DNA of 64,000 nucleotides from an uncultured Facklamia sp. (GCA_964471435.1 CAYYGA010000001.1:108944-172943), one strand, 5' to 3'; positions 1 to 11,010 are shown, counted from the first letter of the stretch. Translations and numbers: made by a program. Notes: a model not told the origin generated them from the letters alone.

Positions 1-128
1 TTGATAGTCGGCCGCTTGTCTATGCCGGAGGGATTACCCGTCTGGAAGATAATAACCCTGTCCACTATTCCTTTACTGCGGATATTTATACAGGTGAAAT
101 AATAGATACCTATATCGTAAATAAATAA
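1..128 (+). CDS. 3' end of an unidentified CDS truncated by the window edge
   Basis: The open frame (codons at 3, 6, ...) reads DSRPLVYAGGITRLEDNNPVHYSFTADIYTGEIIDTYIVNK, with TAA at 126-128 and a hairpin plus T-run after it. The product is not recognisable from 41 aa. Confidence 0.35.
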   Translation, partial: DSRPLVYAGGITRLEDNNPVHYSFTADIYTGEIIDTYIVNK

Positions 129-144
129 TTCAGCTTATTTTAAT

Positions 145-164
145 GGCCCCTCTGGGGCTTTTTT
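145..164 (+). terminator. Candidate rho-independent terminator
   Basis: GGCCCC (145-150), tct loop, GGGGCT (154-159), then a T-run at 159-164. The stem is short and the loop is tight. Confidence 0.4.
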
Positions 165-253
165 GTAGTCATTTATTTCAAGCAAATCGATGAGTATGAA
201 TTTAGACATTCATCTGATTAGTTAACTTTATCCTTCTTTATTCAATTAAAGTA

Positions 254-281
254 TTGACCAAAGCAGCTCTCATGGTAAAAT
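254..281 (+). promoter_or_regulatory. Candidate sigma-A promoter for the ccrZ-like/trmB genes
   Basis: TTGACC (254-259), 16-nt spacer, TGgTAAAAT extended -10 (273-281). It lies about 37 nt upstream of the start at 318. Confidence 0.4.
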
Positions 282-317
282 GTTATTTATTGACTATTTT
301 TTGAAAGGAGTAAGTGG

Positions 318-1097
318 ATGTACCATAACTCGCAAGAATGGGAGATGCGCCCATTAAAAGGTAATACTGGGCAGGCTTACATGGGCATCAGCCAGGATGA
401 GAAAGTATTCTTCAAACGCAACACTTCTCCCTTTATAGCTGCATTAGCAGCAGAGGGGTTTACACCCAAATTGAGATGGACACAAAGAACTTATACAGGA
501 GATGTTTTGACTGCTCAAGAATGGGCGGAAGGTAATACCCTGTCGGAAGAAGATATGACCAATCAAGAAGTTATTGATTTGATTAAGTCAATTCATGAAA
601 ATCATGACCTTGTCACAATGTTAAGACGTGTGGAAGGGAAAGAATTCGGCCCTCTGGAATTGATTGAACTCTACTACAGTGATTTAGCTATATCTTTACA
701 AAACCATGGACTTTTTAATCAAATTGCCCAAAATCTCACTCAATCAATTGATGAGGATTTTTTTCAAACTAACTATGTTGTCTGCCACGGTGACTTAAAC
801 CATCATAATTTTTTGATGACTTCTGATCAAAAACTTTATTTAGTTGATTGGGACAGTGTAAAGATCGCAGATCCTCTTTATGACATTACTTTTCTTTTAT
901 GCCGCTATTTCAGCCCGAGCGAATGGATGGATTGGTTTGACAAATATGAATTCGAACAAGATGAATCCTTTTTCAAACGGGTGAAATGGTACAGCCAACT
1001 CGCGTGTTTGAATTTAATTAAGCAGTACTTCAGTGAAGACCGCCATTATCAATTAAATGAAACTGTCATTTTATTACGTAACATTTATGAAAATTAA
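318..1097 (+). CDS. ccrZ: APH/choline-kinase-fold phosphotransferase, CcrZ/YtmP-like
   Basis: Brenner-type motif HGDLNHHNF and downstream DWD. It sits immediately upstream of trmB, as B. subtilis ytmP and pneumococcal ccrZ do. RBS is GGAG. Confidence 0.6.
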   Translation: MYHNSQEWEMRPLKGNTGQAYMGISQDEKVFFKRNTSPFIAALAAEGFTPKLRWTQRTYTGDVLTAQEWAEGNTLSEEDMTNQEVIDLIKSIHENHDLVTMLRRVEGKEFGPLELIELYYSDLAISLQNHGLFNQIAQNLTQSIDEDFFQTNYVVCHGDLNHHNFLMTSDQKLYLVDWDSVKIADPLYDITFLLCRYFSPSEWMDWFDKYEFEQDESFFKRVKWYSQLACLNLIKQYFSEDRHYQLNETVILLRNIYEN

Positions 1098-1117
1098 CAG
1101 TAAGGAGTCGGTCTAAA

Positions 1118-1768
1118 ATGCGTCTGCGCAATAAACCATGGGCTGAGGAAAAAATGAAAGATTACCCTCAATATGTTCCCCTGGAACCTGAAATCTATAA
1201 AGGAAATTGGCAGTCACGTTTTAAGAGCTGTCAACCGATTCATATAGAAATAGGATCCGGCAAAGGACAATTTATTATCGGAATGGCTAAAGCAAATCCC
1301 CACATTAATTTTATTGCTGTTGAAATACAAACAAGTGTGGCAATATCTATCCTGGAATTACAATTAGATGCCAAATTGGCTAATCTTCAAATCCTGAATG
1401 ATAATGGCAGAGATTTAGATAACTTTTTTGATAAAGGCGAGATTAGTCGGATCTATCTTAACTTTTCTGATCCTTGGCCTAAATCCCGTCATGAAAAAAG
1501 ACGCCTCACTTCTCAAAGCTTTCTAGATCTTTATCGAGAACTTTTAACAAGTGAAGGTGAAATTCATTTTAAAACAGATAACCAAGGTTTATTTGAGTAT
1601 TCTCTAGCTAGCTTGAGTCAAAACGGCTACAGACTGCGACAAGTTTGGTTAGATTTACACACTAGTGAGTTTAATGATAATATCCTAACAGAATATGAAG
1701 AACGTTTTTCATCTCAAGGCCATCCTATTTACCGCTTGGAAGCTTACCTTCCTCCTTTAACCCATTAA
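1118..1768 (+). CDS. trmB: tRNA (guanine46-N7)-methyltransferase
   Basis: 216 aa. SAM-binding IEIGSGKG and the conserved NFSDPWPK(S)RHxKRR motif. RBS is AAGGAG. Confidence 0.9.
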   Translation: MRLRNKPWAEEKMKDYPQYVPLEPEIYKGNWQSRFKSCQPIHIEIGSGKGQFIIGMAKANPHINFIAVEIQTSVAISILELQLDAKLANLQILNDNGRDLDNFFDKGEISRIYLNFSDPWPKSRHEKRRLTSQSFLDLYRELLTSEGEIHFKTDNQGLFEYSLASLSQNGYRLRQVWLDLHTSEFNDNILTEYEERFSSQGHPIYRLEAYLPPLTH

Positions 1769-1812
1769 AAAACTTCTGAAGTTGACCTGGCTGTCAATTT
1801 CAGAAGTTTTTT
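1768..1812. terminator. Bidirectional terminator between convergent trmB and the mal operon
   Basis: AAAAACTTCTGAA (1768-1780) pairs with TTCAGAAGTTTTT (1799-1811). An inner TTGAC/GTCAA pair is present, with A-run and T-run flanks. Confidence 0.75.
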
Positions 1813-1827
1813 CTTTCAGAAGAATAT

Positions 1828-2664
1828 TTACTTCATTGAGTTTCTCCTTGTATACTCATCATTAAGATGGGTGCGCCACATAGTCAACATAAACATTAAA
1901 AGAAAACCAATTCCTTGACCTGACATTACCCATATTGGATCTCCGGTGATGAATGCAATCACCATAACTAAGACTATAGGTAACCCCATCGTATTAAATG
2001 TAATATCCAATGCCTCCGAATAAGAATCTATATCAAAATTTTCGTAAAAGCCCATTAACCAGATAAAAAAGGAACCTGCCAAAATAATCCCCGATAAATT
2101 TAAACTCATCAATACATAGACATTGACTAGTAAATTTAAAACAATCGCAAGTCGGTTGAATTCAAACCAATAACGGGATAATTCAAACTGAAACTGACTG
2201 GGATTTGAAACTTGATTTAACTTTCCCTCCGATAAATAGGGTTGTCCTAGTGCCTCTGCACCCTTATCTCTTATGAAAAAATAAGAAGGAGTTAAAATTA
2301 AACCATTCTTATCTTTTAGCAGTAGTTCAGCCTCCTGTTTACTAGATGCAGCTGCCACTATAAAATCTTGATTTTCTTGATAGACGGTGGAGTCCAAATT
2401 TGTAAACCGGCCGTCTTCGAAATTAGACAAGGGTAACTGCTCAATCAGTGCAGGATTGAACTCTTCTACTATACCAGGGTAATAGTCTTCTAGATCTACA
2501 AATTCCCGATTGGCGATATGGACCGAAAGCGGAAAGATGACAAAAGACATCATCAGCAAAAACAACAGTCCCCGCTGCCACCAAGTCAAATATCCCCGGT
2601 TGGTAAAGCATCGAACCGGGGAAATTATTGTATATATATAATTAAAGGGAAAGTAATTTTTCAT
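1828..2664 (-). CDS. DUF1189 membrane protein, YvdJ-like (maltodextrin-operon associated)
   Basis: Multi-TM 278-aa protein directly downstream of the malG-type permease, the position yvdJ occupies in B. subtilis. The family call rests on context and general resemblance. Confidence 0.55.
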   Translation of the reverse strand: MKNYFPFNYIYTIISPVRCFTNRGYLTWWQRGLLFLLMMSFVIFPLSVHIANREFVDLEDYYPGIVEEFNPALIEQLPLSNFEDGRFTNLDSTVYQENQDFIVAAASSKQEAELLLKDKNGLILTPSYFFIRDKGAEALGQPYLSEGKLNQVSNPSQFQFELSRYWFEFNRLAIVLNLLVNVYVLMSLNLSGIILAGSFFIWLMGFYENFDIDSYSEALDITFNTMGLPIVLVMVIAFITGDPIWVMSGQGIGFLLMFMLTMWRTHLNDEYTRRNSMK

Positions 2665-2696
2665 ACATCCATATTACATCATTACATATGCAAAAT

Positions 2697-3545
2697 CTAT
2701 CCCTTTGTACCACCTGATGTTAATCCGGTGACAAAGTTTTTTTGTAAATAGAAGAAAAGTAAAGAGATAGGAACTGCTATTAAAATTGCACCAGCCGCAA
2801 ACATCCCCACTTCTCTTTGGTACATATTTGTAATAAATGTCTGTAATCCGGTAGCCAAGGTATATCTTTCTTGGCTGCGCAGTAAAAAACGTGGTAAAAG
2901 ATAATCACCAAATGGACCCATAAACGCCCACAAAGCTTGAACCGCAATCATCGGTCTTACCAAGGGCAGAATTACCTGCCAAAATATACGAAAATGTCCC
3001 GCTCCATCTAATTTAGCTGACTCATCCAGTCCGATGGGAACAGTATCGAAATAACCTTTCATCAGCCAGGTGTTCATAGGAATCCCTCCGCCTACATAAA
3101 TTAAAATAAGGAACCAGTATTGGTTGATGGCCCTAAATAAGGTAGCCAGAACAAAAAAAGCAGTCAAGGCTGACATTGTAGGCACCATTTGAATGATTAA
3201 AAAGAAAAGTAAAGAATTTTTACGCCCAGCAAATTTATAGCGGCTATAGGCGTAACCAGCTAAAGTTACTGCCGTTACTTGAACAATCATAGTAGTTACC
3301 GCCACTATCAAGGTATTAATATACCATTGGGGATAAAAGGTATCTGTAAATAGACGCTCAAAATTTCTTAATGACCACTCCGCATCGAAGTCTAAAGTAA
3401 ATGCGGTAATATTACCCACCTTAAAAGCAGATGACGCGGTGATTAGTAAAGGATAAATTATAATAGCTGTCATGAAAATCAGAAAAAGATAGGTAAAGAC
3501 TCTTCCTAAATTTTTGCCCAGACGCGCTTTTTTTGCCTGATTCAA
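2697..3545 (-). CDS. mdxG: Maltodextrin/sugar ABC transporter permease (MalG/MdxG type)
   Basis: 282 aa, 6 TM, EAA-loop [15 protein letters not shown]. Third gene of an SBP-permease-permease operon. Confidence 0.8.
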   Translation of the reverse strand: MNQAKKARLGKNLGRVFTYLFLIFMTAIIIYPLLITASSAFKVGNITAFTLDFDAEWSLRNFERLFTDTFYPQWYINTLIVAVTTMIVQVTAVTLAGYAYSRYKFAGRKNSLLFFLIIQMVPTMSALTAFFVLATLFRAINQYWFLILIYVGGGIPMNTWLMKGYFDTVPIGLDESAKLDGAGHFRIFWQVILPLVRPMIAVQALWAFMGPFGDYLLPRFLLRSQERYTLATGLQTFITNMYQREVGMFAAGAILIAVPISLLFFYLQKNFVTGLTSGGTKG

Positions 3546-3547
3546 AT

Positions 3548-4861
3548 TTACCGCTCCCCTTCCAGCTTAAAGGCATTCGATCTTCTGAATACGATTAGAG
3601 ATACACTGATTACTATAAAAGAAACGATTAAAGTTAAAGCCGCTGCAATACTGTATTGAGGAGCCTGCCCGGTAGTTAATTGGAAGATCCATGAGATTAA
3701 AATATCAGTAGCTCCTGCTCCTGACCCAACTGAGCCCGGTCCTCCAGCATTGAATAAGTAGATAATTGAGAAATTATTAAAATTTCCTGTATATTGTGTT
3801 AAAAAGATTGGCGCAGCTACTGCAAATATCATTGGTAAAGTAATACTTGAAAAACGTTTTAAAGGGCCTGCTCCATCAATTTTTGCCGCTTCATATAAAT
3901 CGTCCGGAATGGACTGCAGTATACCTGTGACCATGACATAAATGTAGGGAAATCCTAACCAACCTTGAATCATAATCAAAGCTGTTTTAGTCCAAAATGG
4001 ATCTGTTTTCCACGCTATGCGAGGTATGTCAAAAAGGGGGATAAAGTTATTAATAAAGGGAATAACCTGGGTATTAATAGCTCCTACAGAATCATTGAAC
4101 ATATTTGAAAAAGACATAATGGTTATAAATGCGGGTACTGCCCATGGTAATAAAAGAATAACCCCAAACAACCGTCTAAATTTTATAAAGTCCTGATGCA
4201 TCACCACCGCAGTAAAAATACCTAAACTTATTTGTAAAGTAGTCGCTAGTAAAGTCCAAATAATGGTCCAAGAAAAAACTGAGCTAAAGGCACGTCTGTA
4301 AGAAGACAGGCTGAAGATCTGAATAAAATTTCCCAATCCAACCCAGTCCAGAATGTTAGCGGGCGGAATATTTTTGAAGTCATAATTTGTCAAGGCTATA
4401 AAGATAGTCACTAAAACAGGAAAAATAATAGCAACTGTCATAAAGAAATAAGCGGGTACTATTAATAAATAAGCAAAGCCATCTCTATAAATACTTTGTG
4501 CCATATCTTTTATTGTTTTGTTAACTTTGATTCCTTCCTGCCATTTTTTGGCAGTTTCTTTGGCATCTATGATATTGACTACGTAAAAAACTAAAAAGAA
4601 AACCATAATAATAATCTGAATGGTCCCTTCAATCAAAAGAAAAAGAGAGTGGTCTTCTCTTGGTGTCGTTCCTAAGGTAATGAAATTTTGAATCGCTCCA
4701 ATTCCAAAAATATAAAGTTCGATTAAAAAAAGAACAAATATCAAACTGAAAATAATTCCTTTAATGAGTTGTTCATTATAAATTTGACCTATTCCCGGAA
4801 TCAACGAAAGAGTTGCGGCAAGTTTTGGATTTTTATTTTTCACTTGTCCAATAACTGGCAT
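3548..4861 (-). CDS. mdxF: Maltodextrin/sugar ABC transporter permease (MalF/MdxF type)
   Basis: 437 aa with extra N-terminal TMs as in MalF. EAA-loop [15 protein letters not shown]. Confidence 0.8.
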   Translation of the reverse strand: MPVIGQVKNKNPKLAATLSLIPGIGQIYNEQLIKGIIFSLIFVLFLIELYIFGIGAIQNFITLGTTPREDHSLFLLIEGTIQIIIMVFFLVFYVVNIIDAKETAKKWQEGIKVNKTIKDMAQSIYRDGFAYLLIVPAYFFMTVAIIFPVLVTIFIALTNYDFKNIPPANILDWVGLGNFIQIFSLSSYRRAFSSVFSWTIIWTLLATTLQISLGIFTAVVMHQDFIKFRRLFGVILLLPWAVPAFITIMSFSNMFNDSVGAINTQVIPFINNFIPLFDIPRIAWKTDPFWTKTALIMIQGWLGFPYIYVMVTGILQSIPDDLYEAAKIDGAGPLKRFSSITLPMIFAVAAPIFLTQYTGNFNNFSIIYLFNAGGPGSVGSGAGATDILISWIFQLTTGQAPQYSIAAALTLIVSFIVISVSLIVFRRSNAFKLEGER

Positions 4862-4928
4862 GAAAACGCCTCCTTAAAAGAAATAAAGCAGGCACAGTCT
4901 CCCATGCCCACTTACTATGCAGGGTTTA

Positions 4929-6164
4929 TTAATAGTTTTGTTCGATACCTTCAGTTATTAAATTTACTGCCTGATCTGCGGATTCCTGAGGTGATAAATT
5001 CCCAGATCCAGCATCAAACATCATTGTTTCAGCTCCTGACCAAACTTCTGCCATTTCAGGTACATTCGGCATTGGTTGTGCATTAGCATAAGTTTCAATT
5101 ACTGCTTGAGTTAACTCATTATCTTCTGCTCCTACTGCCTCTCTTGCAAGTTGATTAGCAGGAATTTCTCCTAGTTGTTCGTACATTATTTGCTGCTGCT
5201 CTTCGGAAGTAACCCATCTAAGGAATTCATTGGCTAAGTCGGTGTTTTCAGAATAGCTTGATACTGCCCAGGCTTTGCCCCCTGCAAAAGCTTGATATTC
5301 TTCTCCATTGGTTAAAGTAGGAAGTTTGGCTACGCCATAGTTAATCCCGGCATCATTAAAAGAAGCTGCATCCCATGGGCCGCCTATAATCGCAGCAGTT
5401 TCCCCATTAATAAAAGATTCTCTTAAAAAGTCTGGAGCCGATTGTACATCCAGCATTCCTTGAGGCCAATATTCTTGGAAGTATTTCGTGGCATAAGTGA
5501 TTCCTTCGACTGCCCCTTCATTGTTTAAACCAATGTCTGCAACATCATTTCCGTCTCCGAAGATGTAACCGCCATGGCCGGCTATTAACCCGTAAGCATA
5601 ATAAAAATCAGTCCATTGTGTTAAAAAGCCAACATTTTTCCCTTCTTCACCCTCAAAAGCATAAGCTTCATCTTGTAAAAGCTGCTCGATGTCTTCAAAT
5701 GACTGAGGTGCTGACTCAATTAAATCCTTATTGTAGTATAAAACGATTGATTCAATAACAGTTGGTACACCATAAATGACATCATCGACAGTAACTTGTG
5801 CGGCATCTGTTTCGTCATAATTATTTGCTTCAGGCAATTCTACTTCAGAAATATGACCGGCTAAGGAAAGTGAAGATAAACGGTCGTATGGTGCAATATA
5901 AACATCTGCTCCTTGGCCGGAAGGCCCATCTAATGCTAAGCCGTCTAAAGCATCAAACATATCAAAATCTAATACTTCAACTTCCACCCCAAACTCTTCT
6001 TCGAAAGCAGCAATATTCGCTTCAACATAATCATAATGTCCTCCGGCTGCAATCGTTAAAGTTTCTTGTGCACTCACCGGAGTCACCGAAGCAAAAGTCT
6101 GCAGTCCAATTGTAAGTGCAGAAGTAGCAGCCAGTAAACCAGTAAACATTTTTTTAAGATTCAT
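4929..6164 (-). CDS. mdxE: Maltodextrin-binding protein (family-1 extracellular solute-binding protein)
   Basis: 411 aa, signal peptide ending VSA-QE with no lipobox Cys. MalE/MalX-like C-terminal half (FAGGKAWAVSSYS, PNVPEM). First gene of the operon. Confidence 0.7.
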   Translation of the reverse strand: MNLKKMFTGLLAATSALTIGLQTFASVTPVSAQETLTIAAGGHYDYVEANIAAFEEEFGVEVEVLDFDMFDALDGLALDGPSGQGADVYIAPYDRLSSLSLAGHISEVELPEANNYDETDAAQVTVDDVIYGVPTVIESIVLYYNKDLIESAPQSFEDIEQLLQDEAYAFEGEEGKNVGFLTQWTDFYYAYGLIAGHGGYIFGDGNDVADIGLNNEGAVEGITYATKYFQEYWPQGMLDVQSAPDFLRESFINGETAAIIGGPWDAASFNDAGINYGVAKLPTLTNGEEYQAFAGGKAWAVSSYSENTDLANEFLRWVTSEEQQQIMYEQLGEIPANQLAREAVGAEDNELTQAVIETYANAQPMPNVPEMAEVWSGAETMMFDAGSGNLSPQESADQAVNLITEGIEQNY

Positions 6165-6183
6165 CCCATAATTCCCCCTTTAA

Positions 6184-6197
6184 TGTAAACGCTTTAC
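6184..6197 (-). promoter_or_regulatory. Candidate LacI-family (MalR/CcpA-cre-like) operator in the mdxE 5' leader
   Basis: TGTAAACGCTTTAC is an imperfect palindrome (GTAAA-cgc-TTTAC) resembling TGTAAACG..TTTACA-type operators. It lies 20 nt upstream of the mdxE start. It does not fit the 14-mer cre consensus at the last two positions. Confidence 0.3.
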
Positions 6198-6217
6198 GTT
6201 GTATGTACATTATGCCT

Positions 6218-6246
6218 TATTAATAGATTAAAAACAAGCTTTTCAA
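6218..6246 (-). promoter_or_regulatory. Candidate promoter of the maltodextrin operon
   Basis: On the minus strand: TTGAAA (6246-6241), 17 nt, TTAATA (6223-6218). The region is AT-rich, so chance matches are possible. Confidence 0.3.
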
Positions 6247-6291
6247 ATTACTAATTGAGGTAAAATTTTTTATTTATTAAGAATTTTCTTC

Positions 6292-6330
6292 AATAAATAA
6301 AAAATCGCAGTCATTCCTGGCTGCGATTTT
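6292..6330 (-). terminator. Rho-independent terminator of pepF
   Basis: AAAATCGCAG (6301-6310) pairs with CTGCGATTTT (6321-6330). On the minus strand the stem is followed by TTTTTATTTATT. Confidence 0.75.
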
Positions 6331-6368
6331 AAATGAATCAATAAAATTTAAATCTTTTGAGCGATTTA

Positions 6369-8180
6369 TTATTTTTGACTATGAAGCAGTTCTTCAAATT
6401 GTTTTAATCTTTCTTCAAAGACATCCAGAGTAGCACGAATGTAATCTGACTTAGTCATGTCTAAACCTGCAGTCTTCATCGTATCAATAGGGTACTGAGA
6501 AGATCCTGACTTAAGGAACCCAAGATATTTTTCTAAAGCATCTTTATCTCCATTAATAATCTTATCAGAAAAATAAGTTGCCGCAGCAAAACCGGTAGAA
6601 TATTGGAAAACATAGTAATTATAATAGAAGTGTGGAATTCTCGACCACTCTAAAGCAATTTCAGAATCCGAGTTTACACTTGAACCATAATATTTTTTAT
6701 TCAGCTCCTGGTAATTATCAGACAAAAATTGTGCGGTCAACGGGATTCCGTCAGCATCAGCCTGGTGCATAAAATGCTCAAATTCAGCAAACTGAGTCTG
6801 ACGATAGACAGTTCCTTTCATTCCATCCAGGAAATGATTGATAACAAAAAGACGAACTTCTGGATCTTCATATTGATCCAGCAAATAGCTTGTTAATAAA
6901 TTTTCATTAGTAGTTGAGGCAATTTCAGCTAAAAAGATAGAATAATTTCCATATACATAAGGTTGATATTTATGTGTCAAGTACGAATGAGCACTGTGTC
7001 CTAATTCATGTACCAGAGTATATAAATGATTAATGCTGTCCTGCCAATTCATTAAAATATAAGGTTTAGAGTCATACGTTCCAGAAGAATATGCCCCAGA
7101 TCGTTTACCAATATTCTCGTATAAGTCTATCCAGCGATCAGAAAAAGCTTCTTCAATAATATCTAAATATTCTGAGCCTAAAGGAGCCAGAGCTTTTAGA
7201 GTCACTTCTTTCGCTTCTTCATAATCAAACTTGATGGGTGCTTCTCCCAGTAAAGGAGTGTACATATCATACATTTCTAATTGGTCTACATTTAATAATT
7301 CTTTACGTAAATCCACATAGCGGTGCAGTAAATCTAAACGCTCACCTACACCTTCTAATAAGGTATCATAGACTGATTCGGGAACATTATTTTGTGCTAA
7401 AGCAGCTGCTCGAGCCGATTCATAGTTACGAACCTTTGCTTCATAATTTTGTGTTTTTACTTGAGTTGAAAGCATAGCAGCCGAAGTATTTTTAAATTGA
7501 TCGTATACTTCATAATATTTTTCAAAAGTCTCTTTACGCACCCGACGATCGGTAGATTCCAGCATTTTCCCATAAACACTATGGGTTAAAACTATTTCAT
7601 TGCCTTCTTCATCTTTAATTGAGGGGAATTTTAAATCAGCATTATTGAATAAACTGAAGGTTTTTTCGGCACCTGCGAATACTTCACTGGCCTGAGCTAA
7701 TAATAACTCCTGCTCTTCGCTTAAGACGTGAGGGCGATTACGAGTAATATTATCAATAAATTGTTTATAGTACTTTAGAGTTTCATTTTCATTGATAAAA
7801 GAATTGAGTTGTTCTTCTGGTATAGCTAGGATTTCAGGTTGAAAAGAAGCGGTTACCTGCCCAAACTCACTATACAGTTGTCTCGCTCTAGCTTCTAATG
7901 TTTGATACTCAGCATTTCCTTGATCCTGATCGTTCTTTAGATGAGCATAAACATATAAGTTGCTTACTTGCCGGGCGGCTTCTAAATAAGCAGAAACGGC
8001 TTCTTCAAGCTGTTCTGCACTCTTACCCAAGGTTCCTATATACTTTTTAAGAGCTTCGACAGCGGACTTTCCTTTTCCAAAACTTTCTTCATAGCTCTTT
8101 TCGTCGGCAAACATAACAGATAAATCCCAAGTATACTCCTCTGGAATTTCATTTCTTTTTTTAAGTTGACTTTCTGACAT
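6369..8180 (-). CDS. pepF: Oligoendopeptidase F (M3B)
   Basis: 603 aa, zinc motif HELGHSAH. Conserved coiA-pepF adjacency. Confidence 0.9.
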   Translation of the reverse strand: MSESQLKKRNEIPEEYTWDLSVMFADEKSYEESFGKGKSAVEALKKYIGTLGKSAEQLEEAVSAYLEAARQVSNLYVYAHLKNDQDQGNAEYQTLEARARQLYSEFGQVTASFQPEILAIPEEQLNSFINENETLKYYKQFIDNITRNRPHVLSEEQELLLAQASEVFAGAEKTFSLFNNADLKFPSIKDEEGNEIVLTHSVYGKMLESTDRRVRKETFEKYYEVYDQFKNTSAAMLSTQVKTQNYEAKVRNYESARAAALAQNNVPESVYDTLLEGVGERLDLLHRYVDLRKELLNVDQLEMYDMYTPLLGEAPIKFDYEEAKEVTLKALAPLGSEYLDIIEEAFSDRWIDLYENIGKRSGAYSSGTYDSKPYILMNWQDSINHLYTLVHELGHSAHSYLTHKYQPYVYGNYSIFLAEIASTTNENLLTSYLLDQYEDPEVRLFVINHFLDGMKGTVYRQTQFAEFEHFMHQADADGIPLTAQFLSDNYQELNKKYYGSSVNSDSEIALEWSRIPHFYYNYYVFQYSTGFAAATYFSDKIINGDKDALEKYLGFLKSGSSQYPIDTMKTAGLDMTKSDYIRATLDVFEERLKQFEELLHSQK

Positions 8181-8245
8181 TCTATGACACTCCTTATTAA
8201 TCGATAATATTAGTTTAACACAGCTGACTGAATTATTAACACCAA

Positions 8246-9349
8246 CTAGACTTTATTTTGATAAATATGAAAGATCGCTTGAATACATTCTATTACCACT
8301 ACCATAATATCAAAATCTTGATCCATTAAAGGCATCGGCGTCCAAGTTAAATACCCTGCCTCTATTAAATATTTGAGCATGAATTCCATCTTTTTGTTGA
8401 AGTATGCAGGTTTACTCTGTGTCCAGGCAACATAGGACCAGGCTAAAATAATCCATCCATTTTGTCTGAAACATAAAAATTTCCACTGAGAAGCAAAAAT
8501 CCATTCAGGTAATTCATGAAAACTTACGCCCCATTTATATAATGCTTTCAACACTTTAAAATAGGACTTATTTTTTAAGATGGCTGTCTTACGGTCTAAT
8601 CCTCTGATCTTATAATTTTTATGAAAGTTTACTTCCTTTTGGGTTCCATATTGCAGGCAAAGACTTTTACTGAAAATGTTTTGATGCCAATCTTCTGAAA
8701 AAGTATATTCAATCGTTTGGATTGCATAGGATTCAAGTTGATATACGAGTGGCAGCTGATAAAGTAATACTAATTTTTTTTCACTTATATTTAACGCGTA
8801 GAGATGTAATAAACGTGTTTGATCAAATGAAAGCATCTGGCTGATCCATTTGCGATTGATGCCATTTTTTAAAAAAGAATCATCAACTAACCATCTAATT
8901 TCATTAGCTAGACGAAGGTATTCCTGGTGTCGCATACTCAAATCTTCTTGTGGAATGATAGATTTTTGATATTCAATTATTTGAAAACTGGAATGATTGG
9001 GAGTAACTGTTATTAAATCAGCTGTCTGATTTGAACCTGTCAGTTTGTATTCTTTATAAGTATCATATCCATAGGATTTAAAATTTTTTTCTAAAATTTC
9101 TTTAGCAGTTTTATGCTCAGTAGATTCCCCTTTACGTGGTGAGTATTGGAAATTTCCTTTCTGATGATATCGATTCTCAACCTGTCTCAGGCATTTTTTT
9201 CGATGTCTAAAGTAATAGCGGCTATTTTTTCGTTTGCATAATTTAACCGGCTCCAAGCATAATGGACAATAAAATTCTTGCTGCATATTTAAGCGGTCAA
9301 TAAAATTGGCATAACATAATTGGTGATGCTTATTTAAAGCTGCATACAT
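8246..9349 (-). CDS. coiA: Competence protein CoiA
   Basis: 367 aa. N-terminal Cys-rich CPLCxxxVxxCKRKxxxxYFRH segment typical of CoiA. Lies between mecA and pepF as in B. subtilis (yjbF). Confidence 0.75.
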   Translation of the reverse strand: MYAALNKHHQLCYANFIDRLNMQQEFYCPLCLEPVKLCKRKNSRYYFRHRKKCLRQVENRYHQKGNFQYSPRKGESTEHKTAKEILEKNFKSYGYDTYKEYKLTGSNQTADLITVTPNHSSFQIIEYQKSIIPQEDLSMRHQEYLRLANEIRWLVDDSFLKNGINRKWISQMLSFDQTRLLHLYALNISEKKLVLLYQLPLVYQLESYAIQTIEYTFSEDWHQNIFSKSLCLQYGTQKEVNFHKNYKIRGLDRKTAILKNKSYFKVLKALYKWGVSFHELPEWIFASQWKFLCFRQNGWIILAWSYVAWTQSKPAYFNKKMEFMLKYLIEAGYLTWTPMPLMDQDFDIMVVVIECIQAIFHIYQNKV

Positions 9350-9405
9350 AAAAAATCCTCCCTTTCTAATAAGTACACTAAAAAAGGAGGATTTATTTTA
9401 TTTAA

Positions 9406-10113
9406 TTAAAATTGATTACCGAAAAAGCTTAATGAATCGTTTGCTCTGATTAATTTACCGTGTTCTCCCAACAAAGAAGACGTTACCGGACTTGCTTCTC
9501 CGTATTCAAATAATGAAAGAAGCTTATCAGACTCCTGCTCGTTTTTAACTGTATGTTCTAAATTATATAATACTAAGTAATATTGATTATTTAAATGATA
9601 CAAATCGGATTGAATCGTTTCAAATGGAATTTGACGTGCTAAACGTAAAAAGTCATCGAGTTCATTAAAAACTATTACTTCTTCTGTAAATTCCGAATCA
9701 TCATCAACTAAATTATCTTTAGGTGCAAACTGTGGATCAAAAATATTTAAGACTGATTTGTCTGAGTGATCATCGTTGTCATTTTCATCGTGTGCGGGAT
9801 GTTTTCTAATATCTTTTCTTTCCTTTAAGCGTTTGGAAAGTTCATCCTCCCAAATTTCTTCCATTTCATCTAAATTGGCCCGACTTATATATAATTCAAG
9901 CCCTTCACTTGAAGGTATTACCTGGAAAGTTACTGCTTCAGAATCGTGGAAGTGTTGATCAACGTCTACTTCTTCTAGGATAGAATAGAAAAACTTTTCG
10001 ATGCTTGATTGATCACCGATTATATCAAGGAAATCAATGCCGCGGGCTTCAAGATCTTCAACCCCAATCATTACTTTGATTAAGTTTTCATTTATATGTT
10101 CCATTTCCATCAT
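9406..10113 (-). CDS. mecA: Adaptor protein MecA
   Basis: 235 aa. N-terminal MEHINENLIKV...DLEARGI matches the MecA N-domain, followed by an acidic linker. Two ATGs (10113 or 10110) are possible after GGAGGTG. Confidence 0.85.
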   Translation of the reverse strand: MMEMEHINENLIKVMIGVEDLEARGIDFLDIIGDQSSIEKFFYSILEEVDVDQHFHDSEAVTFQVIPSSEGLELYISRANLDEMEEIWEDELSKRLKERKDIRKHPAHDENDNDDHSDKSVLNIFDPQFAPKDNLVDDDSEFTEEVIVFNELDDFLRLARQIPFETIQSDLYHLNNQYYLVLYNLEHTVKNEQESDKLLSLFEYGEASPVTSSLLGEHGKLIRANDSLSFFGNQF

Positions 10114-10240
10114 CGGTCACCTCCAAATTTATACTACCTCTATTATACTATTAATAAGCCTACATACCAACCTTTTCGCAAATTGTTTAACAATTTATTT
10201 AAAATACATGTTTTTAAGTGTGATATAGCTTTTTTTAAAA

Positions 10241-10278
10241 AAATAAAAAGTCAGAAAAAGGACTCATTTAGAGTCCTT
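10241..10278 (-). terminator. Rho-independent terminator of spx
   Basis: AAGGACTC (10258-10265) pairs with GAGTCCTT (10271-10278). On the minus strand it is followed by TTTCTGACTTTTTATTTT. Confidence 0.7.
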
Positions 10279-10300
10279 CATAAGTGCTATATAATGTAAC

Positions 10301-10699
10301 TTAGTCGTTTACCATAGCTCGTGCAATTCTTAATTCACGTGCCCGTACTTCTCTAGGTAGAAAACGACGGATTTCATCTTCATTATAACCAATCTGCAAT
10401 CTTTTGTCATCAATCATAATTGGACGACGTAAGAGACCTGGCTGCTCTTGCACTAACTGATAAAAATCATTTAGAGGTAATTCACTCAACTCGATTTCCA
10501 ATTCAGAATAAGCTTTTGAACGAGTTGAAACAATATCCTCAGTGCCTTCCTCAGTCATTCTTAGAATTGCTTTGATTTCATTTAAACTTAGAGGTTCTGT
10601 AAATATATTACGCTCCTCATAAGGGATTTCATGCTCTTCTAGCCATGCGCGCGCTTTTCTACATGACGTACAACTCGGAGTTACATACAATGTTACCAT
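10301..10699 (-). CDS. spx: Transcriptional regulator Spx (ArsC family)
   Basis: [20 protein letters not shown] with the CxxC redox switch, 132 aa. The ORF-track start (10729) adds 10 atypical residues, so the internal ATG at 10699 is preferred. Confidence 0.9.
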   Translation of the reverse strand: MVTLYVTPSCTSCRKARAWLEEHEIPYEERNIFTEPLSLNEIKAILRMTEEGTEDIVSTRSKAYSELEIELSELPLNDFYQLVQEQPGLLRRPIMIDDKRLQIGYNEDEIRRFLPREVRARELRIARAMVND

Positions 10700-10982
10700 T
10701 AAGAAATCTTCCTTTCTTTTCTTGAACATGTCTAGCTCACTGTTATGTATCGTACATGTTTAAGTTGTTACATTAAACATATAGCATAAAAACGATAATT
10801 GCTTTAAAAGGTACAACAGTATAACTTACAAATTCGTCTTTATAGTCTAAATTATATCATGAGAGTAAGATTACTTCAATGTGTTCTCATATATATTTAA
10901 TTTAATGATAATAGTTCATAAAATATTCGTTTACCTGCCACTCATAAATCAAGCTCTCACAAGTTTTAAGCATTACACCAAC

Positions 10983-11010
10983 TTGCAAATTATCTTAACT
11001 GTAATATAAT
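10983..11010 (+). promoter_or_regulatory. Candidate sigma-A promoter of trpS
   Basis: TTGCAA (10983-10988), 16 nt, TATAAT (11005-11010). It lies about 46 nt upstream of the trpS ATG. Confidence 0.45.
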